Assembly: GCA_031364845.1 (NCBI GenBank)
Contig: JANLWX010000008.1
Location: 1 to 48,101 of the forward strand
DNA length: 48,101 bases
DNA from: Candidatus Eiseniibacteriota bacterium
GTDB lineage: Bacteria > Eisenbacteria > RBG-16-71-46
Direction of reading: 5' to 3'
Position 1 is the stretch's first letter, and each line of letters begins with the position of its first letter. A program made the translations under genes and the position numbers. The notes below the pieces were generated by a model, which had not been told where the DNA came from, did not search any database, and saw only the letters and a program-made list of their open reading frames with translations. Below are positions 33,443 to 43,452 of the stretch, piece after piece.

Positions 33443-34129
33443 CTACTTGGCGCGAGTCGAGAACGCAGTCTCGACGAATGAGGTGTTCCCGTTCTCACCC
33501 ACCGTGCCAATCGCCAGCGTGTACTTCCGTCCCGCGCGCAGAACCGCATCGGGCACGGTGAAGCTCGTGATCGAGGCGGGCACCGTGGTCGTGATGTTGA
33601 TCCCGAGTTCGGGCTGATCGATCTCCATGATGTAACTCTTGGCGCCCTTGACCGGCGTCCACGAGATCTCGACATCCTCGAGCATCACGGGTCGCGCGCC
33701 GCTCGGAGTGACGACGGAACTCGCAGCGGGCACGGTGTGGCTGAGGCTGCCCTTGCCGCTGAGCGCCGCGCCGCCGCCGGTCGTTCCCGCGAAGGTGTAG
33801 ACTCCCTCCGGATACACCTTCTTGAGGGCCGCAAGATCTTCGGGCTCGGGGGTCTCGAATCGGAACTGGCGCATGCCCAGATCGGTGCCTGCCGCCGACT
33901 TGTAATCGATGATCACGCGGCCATCGGGAGCGGTGACCGTGAGGGTGGCAAGCCCCTGCTCCGCGAGGGCCTCGACCACGATCTCGTAGTCGCCATCGGT
34001 GGCGTTCTGCTCGAGGTGAAGGCTCGCGGTGCCGAACGTCTTGGCATCCGCCGGCGCCTCCGCCGCTCGTGCGATCCCGTGGAATGCCAGCAACGAAACG
34101 ATTCCGACTACGACGTGCATGCGTTTCAC
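33443..34129 (-). CDS. Secreted hypothetical protein (possible C-terminal FnIII-like fold)
   Basis: GTG start after AGGAGG; signal peptide ..IARA; LEQNATDGD motif; ISWTPV..A.SY. Confidence 0.78.
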   Translation of the reverse strand: MKRMHVVVGIVSLLAFHGIARAAEAPADAKTFGTASLHLEQNATDGDYEIVVEALAEQGLATLTVTAPDGRVIIDYKSAAGTDLGMRQFRFETPEPEDLAALKKVYPEGVYTFAGTTGGGAALSGKGSLSHTVPAASSVVTPSGARPVMLEDVEISWTPVKGAKSYIMEIDQPELGINITTTVPASITSFTVPDAVLRAGRKYTLAIGTVGENGNTSFVETAFSTRAK

Positions 34130-34284
34130 TTTTCGATCCTCCTGGGGCGTATGGAGCTGGCGGGGAGTCTTCCAGCCCGCGAGCATGGCGACCGGGAGCC
34201 GGACGAACACCTGCGGTCCGGGCCACACCCGGTCATGAGTTTACCTGTCGAGGGCGGATGCCGAAAGCCCCTGAAAAAGTCGCC

Positions 34285-36582
34285 ATGAGCGAACCGGCGC
34301 TCGAAATCCGCCCGCCCGAGGCCGCCGAACCGGTTCTTCCGGGCAAGCGCAGCCCGCTGCGCTTCCGTCTGCCCGCGCGCCGTTCGGGCTCGGGAACCGC
34401 CGTGATCCTGCTCGCTCTGATCGTGTTCCCGAGCGCGCTGCTCGGTTTCCTGAGCTGGCGGGCGATCGAGAACGAGCGCTCCTACTCGCTCGAGCGCCTG
34501 CGTGAAAGCTATCGGCACTTTGCCCGGCTCGCCGCAGGCCAGATCGACCTCAATCTGCACAGCCTCGAAGCACGCTGGACGTCGGAAATCGAAGACGTCT
34601 TCAAGTCGACCTCGGGTGCGCCGACCCCGGCCGACCTCGAACGGCACGCCGGCCACGAGCCGCTGATCGCGGGCTTCTACCTGCTCAACGCACCCGACCG
34701 CACGGCGTATCCCCCGGCGCCGCTCGCGGACGATCATCCGGCGGCTTCGAGTGCCGTGAATCCACAGGTGCAGGAGCACGACATATTCAGCCGCCTGACG
34801 GCGCGGGGGGAGGAACAGGAGTACCGCACCGGCGATCTGCCCGGCGCGATCCGCTCCTACCGCTCGATCCTCGATCAGGTTTCGAGCCCGCAACTGCGCG
34901 GCATGGCCGAGAGCTGCATCGGCCGCGTCCAGATCAAGGAAGGCAAACCGGCGGCGGCGCTCGAAACGTTCCGGAACGTACTGCAGCGCTACCCCGAGGT
35001 TCGGGATCTCAACCGCATGTATCTGAGGTTCCTCGCCCAGTATCAGATCGCGATCTCGCTCGAAGCGCTCGGACGCTACCGGGAAGCGCTCGAGACGCTG
35101 CTCGATCTGAACCGCGATTTGCTGCGGCGCAGCGACGCCATCAACGCCACGCAATATTCGTACTACTACGATCTGATCCAGACACTCACGCCCCAGTTGC
35201 TCGCCAAACCCGGTCTCGCCAATCGCGAGCGATTCGAGCGGACGTTCGGTGAGCTGCGCGACCAGAGCAAGAAGCGGCTCAGCGACACCTACTTCCTGCA
35301 CCTGCTCGACGCCGAGTTGAGCGAAACCGTGATCCGCAAGAAGCGCTACAACCCGGGCGTTCACTATCTCTCCGCCAATACCGAGGGCGAGCCTTTCCTG
35401 TTGGCGTTCCGCGCTCTGCCCGATCCTCAGGGCGTGCACACGATCGGGTTCCTCGCGGCTCAGATCGACCTCAAGCAATTGCAGGAGGAACTGGGTCCGG
35501 CGTTGCAGAGCCTTCAGTCGGGGACGGGGGCGGCGGTGACGGTGGTCGGTTCCGAGGGCAACGAAGTCATCGGCGCGGAAGGCGCGCGCGGCACGCTCGT
35601 CGCGCTGCAGAGCCTCGAATCGCCGTTCGGCTTCTGGAACGTCGCCGTTTCGCTGCGCGACGTGCCGGGTGCGATCCGCCGCATGGACCTGCGCACGACG
35701 CTGGGGTTGTGGCTCGTCCTGCTGCTGTTGCTCAGCATTTTGGTCGGCGCCTACCTGTTCATCCTGAGCGCGCACCGTACCGCGCGCCTGTCGCGCGCCC
35801 AGACCACGTTCGTCTCCAACGTCACCCACGAGCTGCGCACGCCGCTGTCGTCGATCAGCATGTTCGCGGAACTGCTCGAGATGAAGATGGACGAAGCCTC
35901 GCCGGATGCCGATCCCGGGTTTCGCGCGAGCTGCGAGAAGTACGTGCACGTGATCCGGCAGGAATGCGACCGCCTCAGCCGCCTCATCGACCGGGTTATC
36001 GACTTCTCGAAAGCCGAACAGCGTGTCCAGCACTACCGATTCGAGTACCATGATCCGGGTGCCGTCGTGGCGCGGATCGTGGAGTCGTTCCGGCCGCGCG
36101 CCGAAGGCCAGGGGTTCCGAATCGCGTTGTCGATCGATCCCGCATTGCCCGCGACCCGGCTCGACCCCGATGCCATTTCGCAGGTCCTCCTGAACTTCCT
36201 GAGCAACGCCGTGGAGTTCAGCGGCGACCAGCGCGACATCGGAGTTCAGGTGCGTCGCGAAGACCTGAGCGTGGTGGTGGATGTGACGGATCGCGGAATC
36301 GGTATCGAGCCCGGAGAGATCTCCCACGTGTTCGACAAGTTCTACACCAGCCGCCGCCGGATGGATTCCAGGAATCCGGGCGGGCTCGGACTCGGCCTGG
36401 CGCTCGCGCGAGAGATCATTCGCGACCACGGCGGCGAGGTCCGGGTGTCGAGCATTCCCGGCCACGGGTCGACGTTCAGTTTCGTACTGACTGCCACACC
36501 CACCACGGGCGAAGCCCTTCATGAACCCGCAGGTTCAGAAGACCTTCGCGACACAGACGTTCGCGCAGGAGCCGGTTCATGA
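34285..36582 (+). CDS. Sensor histidine kinase with large periplasmic TPR-like region
   Basis: Two TMs; H-box VTHELRTPL; NFLSNAV; DRGIGI; GLGLGLAL. Confidence 0.93.
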   Translation: MSEPALEIRPPEAAEPVLPGKRSPLRFRLPARRSGSGTAVILLALIVFPSALLGFLSWRAIENERSYSLERLRESYRHFARLAAGQIDLNLHSLEARWTSEIEDVFKSTSGAPTPADLERHAGHEPLIAGFYLLNAPDRTAYPPAPLADDHPAASSAVNPQVQEHDIFSRLTARGEEQEYRTGDLPGAIRSYRSILDQVSSPQLRGMAESCIGRVQIKEGKPAAALETFRNVLQRYPEVRDLNRMYLRFLAQYQIAISLEALGRYREALETLLDLNRDLLRRSDAINATQYSYYYDLIQTLTPQLLAKPGLANRERFERTFGELRDQSKKRLSDTYFLHLLDAELSETVIRKKRYNPGVHYLSANTEGEPFLLAFRALPDPQGVHTIGFLAAQIDLKQLQEELGPALQSLQSGTGAAVTVVGSEGNEVIGAEGARGTLVALQSLESPFGFWNVAVSLRDVPGAIRRMDLRTTLGLWLVLLLLLSILVGAYLFILSAHRTARLSRAQTTFVSNVTHELRTPLSSISMFAELLEMKMDEASPDADPGFRASCEKYVHVIRQECDRLSRLIDRVIDFSKAEQRVQHYRFEYHDPGAVVARIVESFRPRAEGQGFRIALSIDPALPATRLDPDAISQVLLNFLSNAVEFSGDQRDIGVQVRREDLSVVVDVTDRGIGIEPGEISHVFDKFYTSRRRMDSRNPGGLGLGLALAREIIRDHGGEVRVSSIPGHGSTFSFVLTATPTTGEALHEPAGSEDLRDTDVRAGAGS

Positions 36583-37304
36583 CACGCGTGCTCATCGTCG
36601 AAGAGGATTCATCGCTCGTACTCGGGCTCAGCACCGCGCTCGAGAACGAGGGCTATGAAGTCGAAGTCGGCCGAACCGGACCGGAGGGCCTGAAACTCGC
36701 GATCGAGAGCCACCCCGATCTCATCCTGCTCGACCTGATGCTGCCCGGAATGAGCGGCTTCGAGATCTGCAAGCGCATCCGCGATCAGCGCATCAAGGCC
36801 AAGATCATCATGCTGACCTCGCGCGCCGAGGAGGACGATCGCGTGCTCGGTCTCGAACTGGGCGCGGACGACTACGTCACCAAGCCTTTCAGCCTTCGCG
36901 AGCTGCTCGCGCGCCTGCGGGCACATCTGCGCAACGGCGAGCCGGTGGCCCCACCGGTGGCACGGGCGTCCTCGCCGTCCGAGTTCCGTTTCGGCGACAT
37001 CCTCGTGGATTTCCGAAGGCACGAGCTGCGGCGCGGCAACCGCCCGGAACCGGTGACGTCACGCGAGTTCCGGCTGCTCGAGTACCTGATCCGGCACCCG
37101 GGCGAGGTCGTGACCCGCGCGCAACTGCTGGAAGATGTGTGGGATCACGATCTCAGCCAGACGACCCGCACCGTGGACAACCACATCCTCCGGCTCCGCA
37201 AGCACATCGAACCCGACCCCGAGAACCCGCGCTACATACGAACGGTTCGTGGCACGGGATATTTGTTCGATCCCGACCCCCGGACGCCGGTGGAATCGGT
37301 ATGA
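36579..37304 (+). CDS. OmpR-family response regulator
   Basis: LLDLMLP, GADDYVTKPF, TRTVDNHILRLR, TVRGTGY; ATGA overlap with the kinase. Confidence 0.96.
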   Translation: MTRVLIVEEDSSLVLGLSTALENEGYEVEVGRTGPEGLKLAIESHPDLILLDLMLPGMSGFEICKRIRDQRIKAKIIMLTSRAEEDDRVLGLELGADDYVTKPFSLRELLARLRAHLRNGEPVAPPVARASSPSEFRFGDILVDFRRHELRRGNRPEPVTSREFRLLEYLIRHPGEVVTRAQLLEDVWDHDLSQTTRTVDNHILRLRKHIEPDPENPRYIRTVRGTGYLFDPDPRTPVESV

Positions 37305-37454
37305 TGCCGCCGTCGCCGCACCCGAGCCTTTCGCCCATCACGTTGGTCGGGGGTCCGAACTGCGGCGTGATTCGAACGCCGCATCGACTCCGTCCGATCG
37401 GACGGACGACCGCGCGGATATCCTGATCGAACTCCGAGGCCACGGAGGCACGAG

Positions 37455-38039
37455 ATGAGAACCCCCATCCACGCGATCCGCATCCTCCTGCTCGCTGTAG
37501 CCCTGGTCGCACCGAGCGCCACGCACGCGAAGAGCGCGCGCAACGGCCGCAAGGTGGACGTCCTCGCGTCGCTCAAGACCGGCCAATGGATTCGGATCGA
37601 AGGCGTGCTGCTCAAGGACCGCAGCGTGCAGTGCACCGAAATCAAGATCCTGACCGGCGACTTCCTCGACGACGACTGGGCGCTCACCGGGCAGATCGAC
37701 GAAATCAACGCGCGCACGCGCTCGCTTTCGATCGGACCGATCTCGATTCAGGTCGCCCAAGACGCGGCGATCGAGGGCCTGAACGGCCGCGCGCAGAGCT
37801 TAGCCGCGATCCGGCGCGGAATGATCGTCGAAGTCGACGGTACGTATTTGAAAGACAGGACCTTCCTCGCGATGGACGTCGACGACGAATCCGACGAGAT
37901 CAAGTATCCCGCCGGCGAACAGCACCTGCGTGTGGTCGGAAAGGTCGAGGCCACCGATCCCGGCCGGCGCCGGATCCACGCCATGGGGCTCACGTTCATC
38001 CTGACCGATGACACTCAGATGAAGTCCGTCATTCGCTGA
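37455..38039 (+). CDS. Secreted DUF5666-like protein (paralog 1)
   Basis: Signal peptide; repeated L..G..V.V.G OB-like segments. Confidence 0.7.
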   Translation: MRTPIHAIRILLLAVALVAPSATHAKSARNGRKVDVLASLKTGQWIRIEGVLLKDRSVQCTEIKILTGDFLDDDWALTGQIDEINARTRSLSIGPISIQVAQDAAIEGLNGRAQSLAAIRRGMIVEVDGTYLKDRTFLAMDVDDESDEIKYPAGEQHLRVVGKVEATDPGRRRIHAMGLTFILTDDTQMKSVIR

Positions 38040-38215
38040 GCTTCGCGGCCCACCGCGCGACCGCCCATGGTGGGCGTGCGGCGTGTTTTCGCCGGAGTTC
38101 AGGCGCGCCGTGAATCCGCCGATAGACCCCGGGTCCGGCCTGCGGCTCGCGAGGGCCTCCCTTCCCGAGCATCGGACGCTTCCGCGATCACGCTGTTTCG
38201 CACCGGGGACCCGCC

Positions 38216-38803
38216 ATGGGACGCACGAGCCGCCTGCTCAAGGCATGCTTTGCCGCCCTGTTGCTGGCTTCGCCGGCGGCGGTGCTCGGCAAGGGATCCC
38301 AGGCCCGTCGTGCCCAGGACGTGTTGCCGTCGCTCAAGACCGGCCAGTGGATCCAACTCGAGAGCGTGATCCAGAAGGACTCGCAGGTGCGCTGCACCGC
38401 GTTGCGGTTGCTCGCGGGCGACTTTCTCGATGACGACTGGAGCCTCAAGGGCCGTATCGTGAGCTTCGATCTGAAGACACGCCGCTTCAGGATCGGGCCG
38501 GTCCCGATCCAGGCGGGAGGCGACGCCATCGTCGAGAACATGCACGGCATGCTCGACGGGCTCTCGGACATCCGGACCGGCATGATCGTCGAAGTCGACG
38601 GCACCTATCTCAAGAGCGGCACATTCCGCGCGAAAGAGATCGAGGACGAGACGGCCGAATTGCGCAACAGCCCGGGCGTGAACCAGCGCCTCGCGGCGAT
38701 CGGAAAGATCGAACGCATCGATATCGGCCGGCGGCGGATCACCGTGATGGGGGTCGAATTCCTGATCACGGAGCAGACGCAGTTGAAGTCGCTGATCCGT
38801 TAG
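38216..38803 (+). CDS. Secreted DUF5666-like protein (paralog 2)
   Basis: Shares SLKTGQWI, GDFLDDDW, GMIVEVDGTYLK and TQ.KS.IR with 37455..38039. Confidence 0.7.
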   Translation: MGRTSRLLKACFAALLLASPAAVLGKGSQARRAQDVLPSLKTGQWIQLESVIQKDSQVRCTALRLLAGDFLDDDWSLKGRIVSFDLKTRRFRIGPVPIQAGGDAIVENMHGMLDGLSDIRTGMIVEVDGTYLKSGTFRAKEIEDETAELRNSPGVNQRLAAIGKIERIDIGRRRITVMGVEFLITEQTQLKSLIR

Positions 38804-38810
38804 GCGGTGC

Positions 38811-39464
38811 CTATGAGATCACAACACCCACCCAGAGGCCGTCGCCGATCGGGACGATCACGCTCTGCAGGCGTGATTCCTTCGCGATCACTTCGTTGAA
38901 GGCGCGCATCGCGGGGACTTCGCGGTCGCTGGCGTTGGCGTCGAACAGCTGGCCGAACGCGAATGCGTTGTCGGCCATGATCAGCCCGCCCGGACGCACG
39001 ATGCGCAGGCACTCCTCGAGATATCGGGGATAGCTCGCCTTGTCCGCGTCGAGGAACGCGGCGTCCGCCGAGTGGTTCGCGAACGACGGCAGCGTGTCGA
39101 TCCCGCCCCCGAGGTGGACCGTGATGCGGTCCGCCACGTCGGAGCGCGCGATCCAGCGCCGCGCGAAGTCGGCGTGCTTGGGTGCCACCTCGATGGTGTC
39201 GACGCGGCCGCCCTTGGGCAGCGCGCGTGCCATCACGATCGCCGAATAACCCGCCAGCGTCCCGACTTCGACCACGCGTTCCGCGCGCGCGAGGCGCAGC
39301 AGGATCTGGATGAAGCTCGCCTGCTCGGGCGCGATCCAGATCGACGGAATGCCCTCGGCGGTCGCCGCGCTCTTCAGCTCCGCGAGGAACGCATCCTCGC
39401 GCGCGGTGTGTTTCGAGATGTAGTCGAAGTGCTCGGCCGTCACCAGCGTCGAGGTACCCGACAT
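38811..39464 (-). CDS. O-methyltransferase (caffeoyl-CoA OMT/MdmC-like)
   Basis: VEVGTLAGYS, FLDADK, GGLIMADN, PIGDG. Confidence 0.92.
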   Translation of the reverse strand: MSGTSTLVTAEHFDYISKHTAREDAFLAELKSAATAEGIPSIWIAPEQASFIQILLRLARAERVVEVGTLAGYSAIVMARALPKGGRVDTIEVAPKHADFARRWIARSDVADRITVHLGGGIDTLPSFANHSADAAFLDADKASYPRYLEECLRIVRPGGLIMADNAFAFGQLFDANASDREVPAMRAFNEVIAKESRLQSVIVPIGDGLWVGVVIS

Positions 39465-39465
39465 C

Positions 39466-40539
39466 TCAGCCTCCGCCCGCGGGGGCCGCCACGCTGCCCC
39501 GGCGATAACTCTCCATGATCGCATCGAGCACCGCGCGCGGCGGGCGCACGGTTTCGAGCGGCAGTTTCACGAGCGGCGTATCGCCGAGTTCCAGTTCGTC
39601 TTCGTAAGGACGCGTCGCGGTGTTCACGTAGAGCAGGCCGGTCACGAGTTTCTTCTCGCGGCGCGCCTCGTGCAGCACGGCGGACGCCGCGTCGCGGCTC
39701 GTCGGATCGTAGTCGTCGGCGAGCTTCTTCAGGAAGATGTGCGAGCCGTCCGGCATCACCACTTCGCGGGTGGTGCCGGGGGCGTAGTCGACATCGAGGT
39801 TCTCGTAGTAAGGCACGTAGTCGATGTCGTGCAGCGGCGCGTCGCTCTGCTTGACCGCGGCGTAGGACTTGGTCGAGCCCTCGTGGTCCGCGAACGTCAC
39901 GCACGGGCTGATCACGTCGATCACCGCGGTGCCGCGGTGCGCAAACGCGGCCTTCAACAGTGGGCGTAGTTGCTTCTGATCGCCCGAGAACGAGCGCGCG
40001 ACGAAGCCGCACCCGAGCTCGATCGCGATCGCGCAGCAGTCGATCGGCATCAGGTCGTTCGCGAGCCCGCTCTTCATCGTGCTGCCGACATCGGCGGTCG
40101 CCGAGAACTGGCCCTTGGTCAATCCGTACACGCCGTTGTTCTCGATGATGTAGACGACCGGCACGTTGCGGCGCACGAGGTGGCAGAACTGGCCGAGCCC
40201 GATGCTCGCGGTGTCGCCGTCGCCCGAAACGCCGATCAGCGTCAGGCTGTGGTTCGCTACGCGCACGCCGGTCGCGATGCTGGGCATACGGCCGTGGACG
40301 GCGTTGAATCCGTGCGACTGTCCGAGGAAGTACGCCGGCGTCTTGCTGGAACATCCGATGCCCGAAAGCTTTGCCACCCGATGCGGCTCGAGGCCGGCTT
40401 CGTACGCGGCCTGGATGATGCCGGCGGTGATCGCGTTGTGTCCGCAGCCGGGACACAGCGTGGTGCGCGCGCCGTCGTAGTCGGCCTTCGTGAGCCCGAT
40501 GCGGTTGCGCGGAGCGGAAGCGGCGGGGGCTTCGGTCAT
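39466..40539 (-). CDS. korB: 2-oxoacid:ferredoxin oxidoreductase beta subunit
   Basis: TLCPGCGH, SGIGCSSK, HGR, TPP motif GDGD...NNGVYGLTKGQ, SPCVTF. Confidence 0.93.
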   Translation of the reverse strand: MTEAPAASAPRNRIGLTKADYDGARTTLCPGCGHNAITAGIIQAAYEAGLEPHRVAKLSGIGCSSKTPAYFLGQSHGFNAVHGRMPSIATGVRVANHSLTLIGVSGDGDTASIGLGQFCHLVRRNVPVVYIIENNGVYGLTKGQFSATADVGSTMKSGLANDLMPIDCCAIAIELGCGFVARSFSGDQKQLRPLLKAAFAHRGTAVIDVISPCVTFADHEGSTKSYAAVKQSDAPLHDIDYVPYYENLDVDYAPGTTREVVMPDGSHIFLKKLADDYDPTSRDAASAVLHEARREKKLVTGLLYVNTATRPYEDELELGDTPLVKLPLETVRPPRAVLDAIMESYRRGSVAAPAGGG

Positions 40540-40701
40540 TTCAGGTGCTCCCTCGAAGCGCCGGGAGTTCCGGCGTACAGCAGACGGCGGCAGAACGAAC
40601 GCAAAGCTTCGCGGCTGTGAAGAACGTCGTCAAACTCGAACTTCCAGCGCCAAGACGCGGCGCAGGACCGGCCCGTCGCGTCGGTCCATCGCGACGGCAA
40701 C

Positions 40702-41493
40702 TCAGACCAGCACACCCCGCAACACCGTGACCGCCTGTCCCCCGAGCATCACACGATCGCCGGCGACGCGGACCTTGACCACGCCCCCGCGCGCGGAGAC
40801 CTGGCGTCCGACCATGGCGGTGCGTCCGAGCTTCGCACCCCAGTAGGGCGCGAGCGCGCAGTGCGCGGAACCCGTCACCGGGTCCTCGTTCACACCCGCG
40901 CCCGGCGCGAAGAAGCGCGAGACGAAGTCGGCGCCATCGGTGGCCGCACGGCTCGTCACGATCACGCCGCGCGCTTCGATCGTCGCGAGCTTCGCGAAGT
41001 CAGGAGCCACCGCGCGGACCTGGGCTTCGTCCTTCACTTCGACCAGATAGTCGAACGCACTGCGACCGACGTGGACCGCGCGCACGCCGAGTGCCTCCAG
41101 CATTCCCTTCGGCGCCTTCGCGTCCGCGACCGGCTTGGCCGGGAAATCCAGTTCGATCCACGTCCCGCGTCGCGTCGCGGTCAGCACGCCGCTCTGCGTG
41201 TGGAATCGGATCGGAAGATCGTCGCCGAGCACGTCGCTCTGCCACAGCACGTGGGCACTCGCGAGTGTCGCATGTCCGCACAGGGCGACCTCGACCGCGG
41301 GCGTGAACCAGCGCAGGTCGAAACCATCGCCTTCGTGCGGAACCAAGAACGCCGTCTCGGACAGATTCATCTCGCGCGCGACCGACTGCATCCAGCCCGT
41401 GTCGGCCGCCGCCTCGAGCAGACACACGCCCGCGGGATTCCCGGAGAAGAGATCGTCGGTGAACGCGTCGACTGTGTAGAGCGGAATGCTCAT
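40702..41493 (-). CDS. PhzF-family isomerase/epimerase
   Basis: VDAFT, GNPAGV, NLSETAF, EVALCGHATLA, EDPVTGSAH. Confidence 0.94.
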   Translation of the reverse strand: MSIPLYTVDAFTDDLFSGNPAGVCLLEAAADTGWMQSVAREMNLSETAFLVPHEGDGFDLRWFTPAVEVALCGHATLASAHVLWQSDVLGDDLPIRFHTQSGVLTATRRGTWIELDFPAKPVADAKAPKGMLEALGVRAVHVGRSAFDYLVEVKDEAQVRAVAPDFAKLATIEARGVIVTSRAATDGADFVSRFFAPGAGVNEDPVTGSAHCALAPYWGAKLGRTAMVGRQVSARGGVVKVRVAGDRVMLGGQAVTVLRGVLV

Positions 41494-43328
41494 GCGCGCT
41501 CGCGGGCGCCGACGATCGACTCGGGCTCGGGGGGTACGGCGCCATGACCCTCCTGGCGCAGGATCTCGTCGGACACCGTGTTCGCATCGATCGGAAGCCC
41601 ATCGTAGTGGCGCACCGAGCGGATGCGCTCGGGCGAAAGACCGGTTTCGAGCCGCACGATCTGCGCCATCTGACCGTCGCGGTTCTGCTCAACCACATAG
41701 ATCCTGCGATACCGGCCGATGAACGCCGCGACCTCGGGCGAGAACGGCAGTGCTTTGAGCAACAGATAGCCGGTCGGCACGCCGAAGGCGCGCAGCGTGT
41801 CGCGCGCTTCGACCATGGCCCAGTGCGTGGAGCCGAACGCGATCAGCCCGACCTCGGCGTTCGCATCGGCCTCGATCACCGGCGGCGGCACAAGTGTGCG
41901 CGCGGTCTCGAACTTCTTCGCGAGCCGGTCCATCCCGCGGCGGTAGGCGTCGGGATCCTCGGTGTAGCGCGCCGCCTCGTCGTGGCCCGAGCCGCGCGTG
42001 AAGTAGGCACCCTTCGGATCCTCGTTGCCCGGCAGCGTGCGGTACGGAATGCCGTCGCCATCCACGTCGCGGTAGCGCTCAAAGCGCGCGAGCTTCGCCA
42101 GCTCCGCTTCGTCGAGCACCTTGCCGCGATCCCACGGTTTCTCGGGATACGGGAACGGATCGCTCATCCAGTTGTTCATGCCCAGATCGAGATCGCTCAG
42201 AACGAACACCGGCGTCTGCAGCCGTTCGGCCAGATCGAACGCCATCATGCCGAACTCGTAGCAGTCGCGCACCGAGCTCGGCAGCAGGATCGGATGCCGC
42301 GTGTCGCCGTGCGACATGTTCCACACGAACGAAATCTCGCCCTGCGACGTGCGCGTCGGCAGTCCGGTCGAGGGCCCGATTCGCTGGATGTCCCAGATCA
42401 CCGCCGGAATCTCGGCGTAGTAGCCGTAGCCCACGAACTCCGTCATCAGCGAGAGCCCGGGGCCGGAGGTCGACGTCATCGCGCGCGCCCCCGCCCAGCT
42501 CGCGCCGAGCACCATGCCGACCGCCGCGATCTCGTCCTCGGCCTGAACCACGGCGTAGGACGCCTTGCCCGTCTCGGGATCGCGCCGGTGCTGGCCCAGG
42601 AATCCGATCAGCGCCTCCACCAGGCTCGACGACGGCGTAATCGGATACCACGTCACGACCGTCACGCCGCCGAACATCGCACCCAGCGCCCCCGCGGTGT
42701 TGCCGTCGATCAGGATCTGGCCCGCGGTCTCGTTCATGCGCTCGAGACGGTACGGATCGCGTTTCGTGAGATTCTCGCGCGCCCACTCCCAGCCCGCGCG
42801 CACAGCCTGATGATTGAGCGCGAGCGCTTTGGGCTTCTTCCCGAGCTGCCCATCGAGCGCGCGCTCGATCTCGTCCTCGGCGATTCCGATCAGCTCGGCG
42901 AGCACGCCGACGTAGATCATGTTGACGACCAGCCGGCGCAGCTTCACGTCCTGCGTGATCGGCGCGATCAATTGCTGCATCGGCACCGCGTAGACGAAAC
43001 GATCCTCGGGAATCGCGGGTGCGACGATTGCCTGGTTCAGCACGATCACGCTGCCCGGCCCCATCGCCGCGATGTCGTCGGGTGCCGTCTCGGGGTTCAT
43101 CACCACGAGGATGTCGTTGTGGCGCCGGCGCGCGACGTAGCCGTCCTTGCTCGCGCGGATCGTGAACCAGGTCGGCAGTCCCGCGATGTTCGAGGGGAAC
43201 AGATTCTTCCCGCTCACCGGGATGCCCATCTGGAAGATGGCGCGCAGCAGCACCGCGTTCGCCGTCTGGCTCCCCGAGCCGTTCACGGTCGCGACGTGGA
43301 TGCTGAAATCGTTGATCACGGATTTCAA
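41490..43328 (-). CDS. korA: 2-oxoacid:acceptor oxidoreductase alpha subunit (fused gamma-alpha)
   Basis: NGSGSQ, YPITPSS, QAEDEIAA, TSTSGPG, GPSTGLPT, VEQN. Confidence 0.93.
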   Translation of the reverse strand: MKSVINDFSIHVATVNGSGSQTANAVLLRAIFQMGIPVSGKNLFPSNIAGLPTWFTIRASKDGYVARRRHNDILVVMNPETAPDDIAAMGPGSVIVLNQAIVAPAIPEDRFVYAVPMQQLIAPITQDVKLRRLVVNMIYVGVLAELIGIAEDEIERALDGQLGKKPKALALNHQAVRAGWEWARENLTKRDPYRLERMNETAGQILIDGNTAGALGAMFGGVTVVTWYPITPSSSLVEALIGFLGQHRRDPETGKASYAVVQAEDEIAAVGMVLGASWAGARAMTSTSGPGLSLMTEFVGYGYYAEIPAVIWDIQRIGPSTGLPTRTSQGEISFVWNMSHGDTRHPILLPSSVRDCYEFGMMAFDLAERLQTPVFVLSDLDLGMNNWMSDPFPYPEKPWDRGKVLDEAELAKLARFERYRDVDGDGIPYRTLPGNEDPKGAYFTRGSGHDEAARYTEDPDAYRRGMDRLAKKFETARTLVPPPVIEADANAEVGLIAFGSTHWAMVEARDTLRAFGVPTGYLLLKALPFSPEVAAFIGRYRRIYVVEQNRDGQMAQIVRLETGLSPERIRSVRHYDGLPIDANTVSDEILRQEGHGAVPPEPESIVGARERA

Positions 43329-43452
43329 ACGAGACCTCGGTGTTCAGAGTTACAGGGCGCGGGCTGGGGTGCTGTCGGAGCGCCGCGCGGCCGCGCGAGC
43401 TGCCGCAAGGCAGGATATCCGACCACGCGGGCCGGCGCACGCCAGGGCCGCA

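Noticed and set aside
40540..40701. Riboswitch or sRNA between phzF and korB
   Set aside because: Only a short hairpin (CGCCGGGAGTTCCGGCG) is visible, with no recognisable family motif
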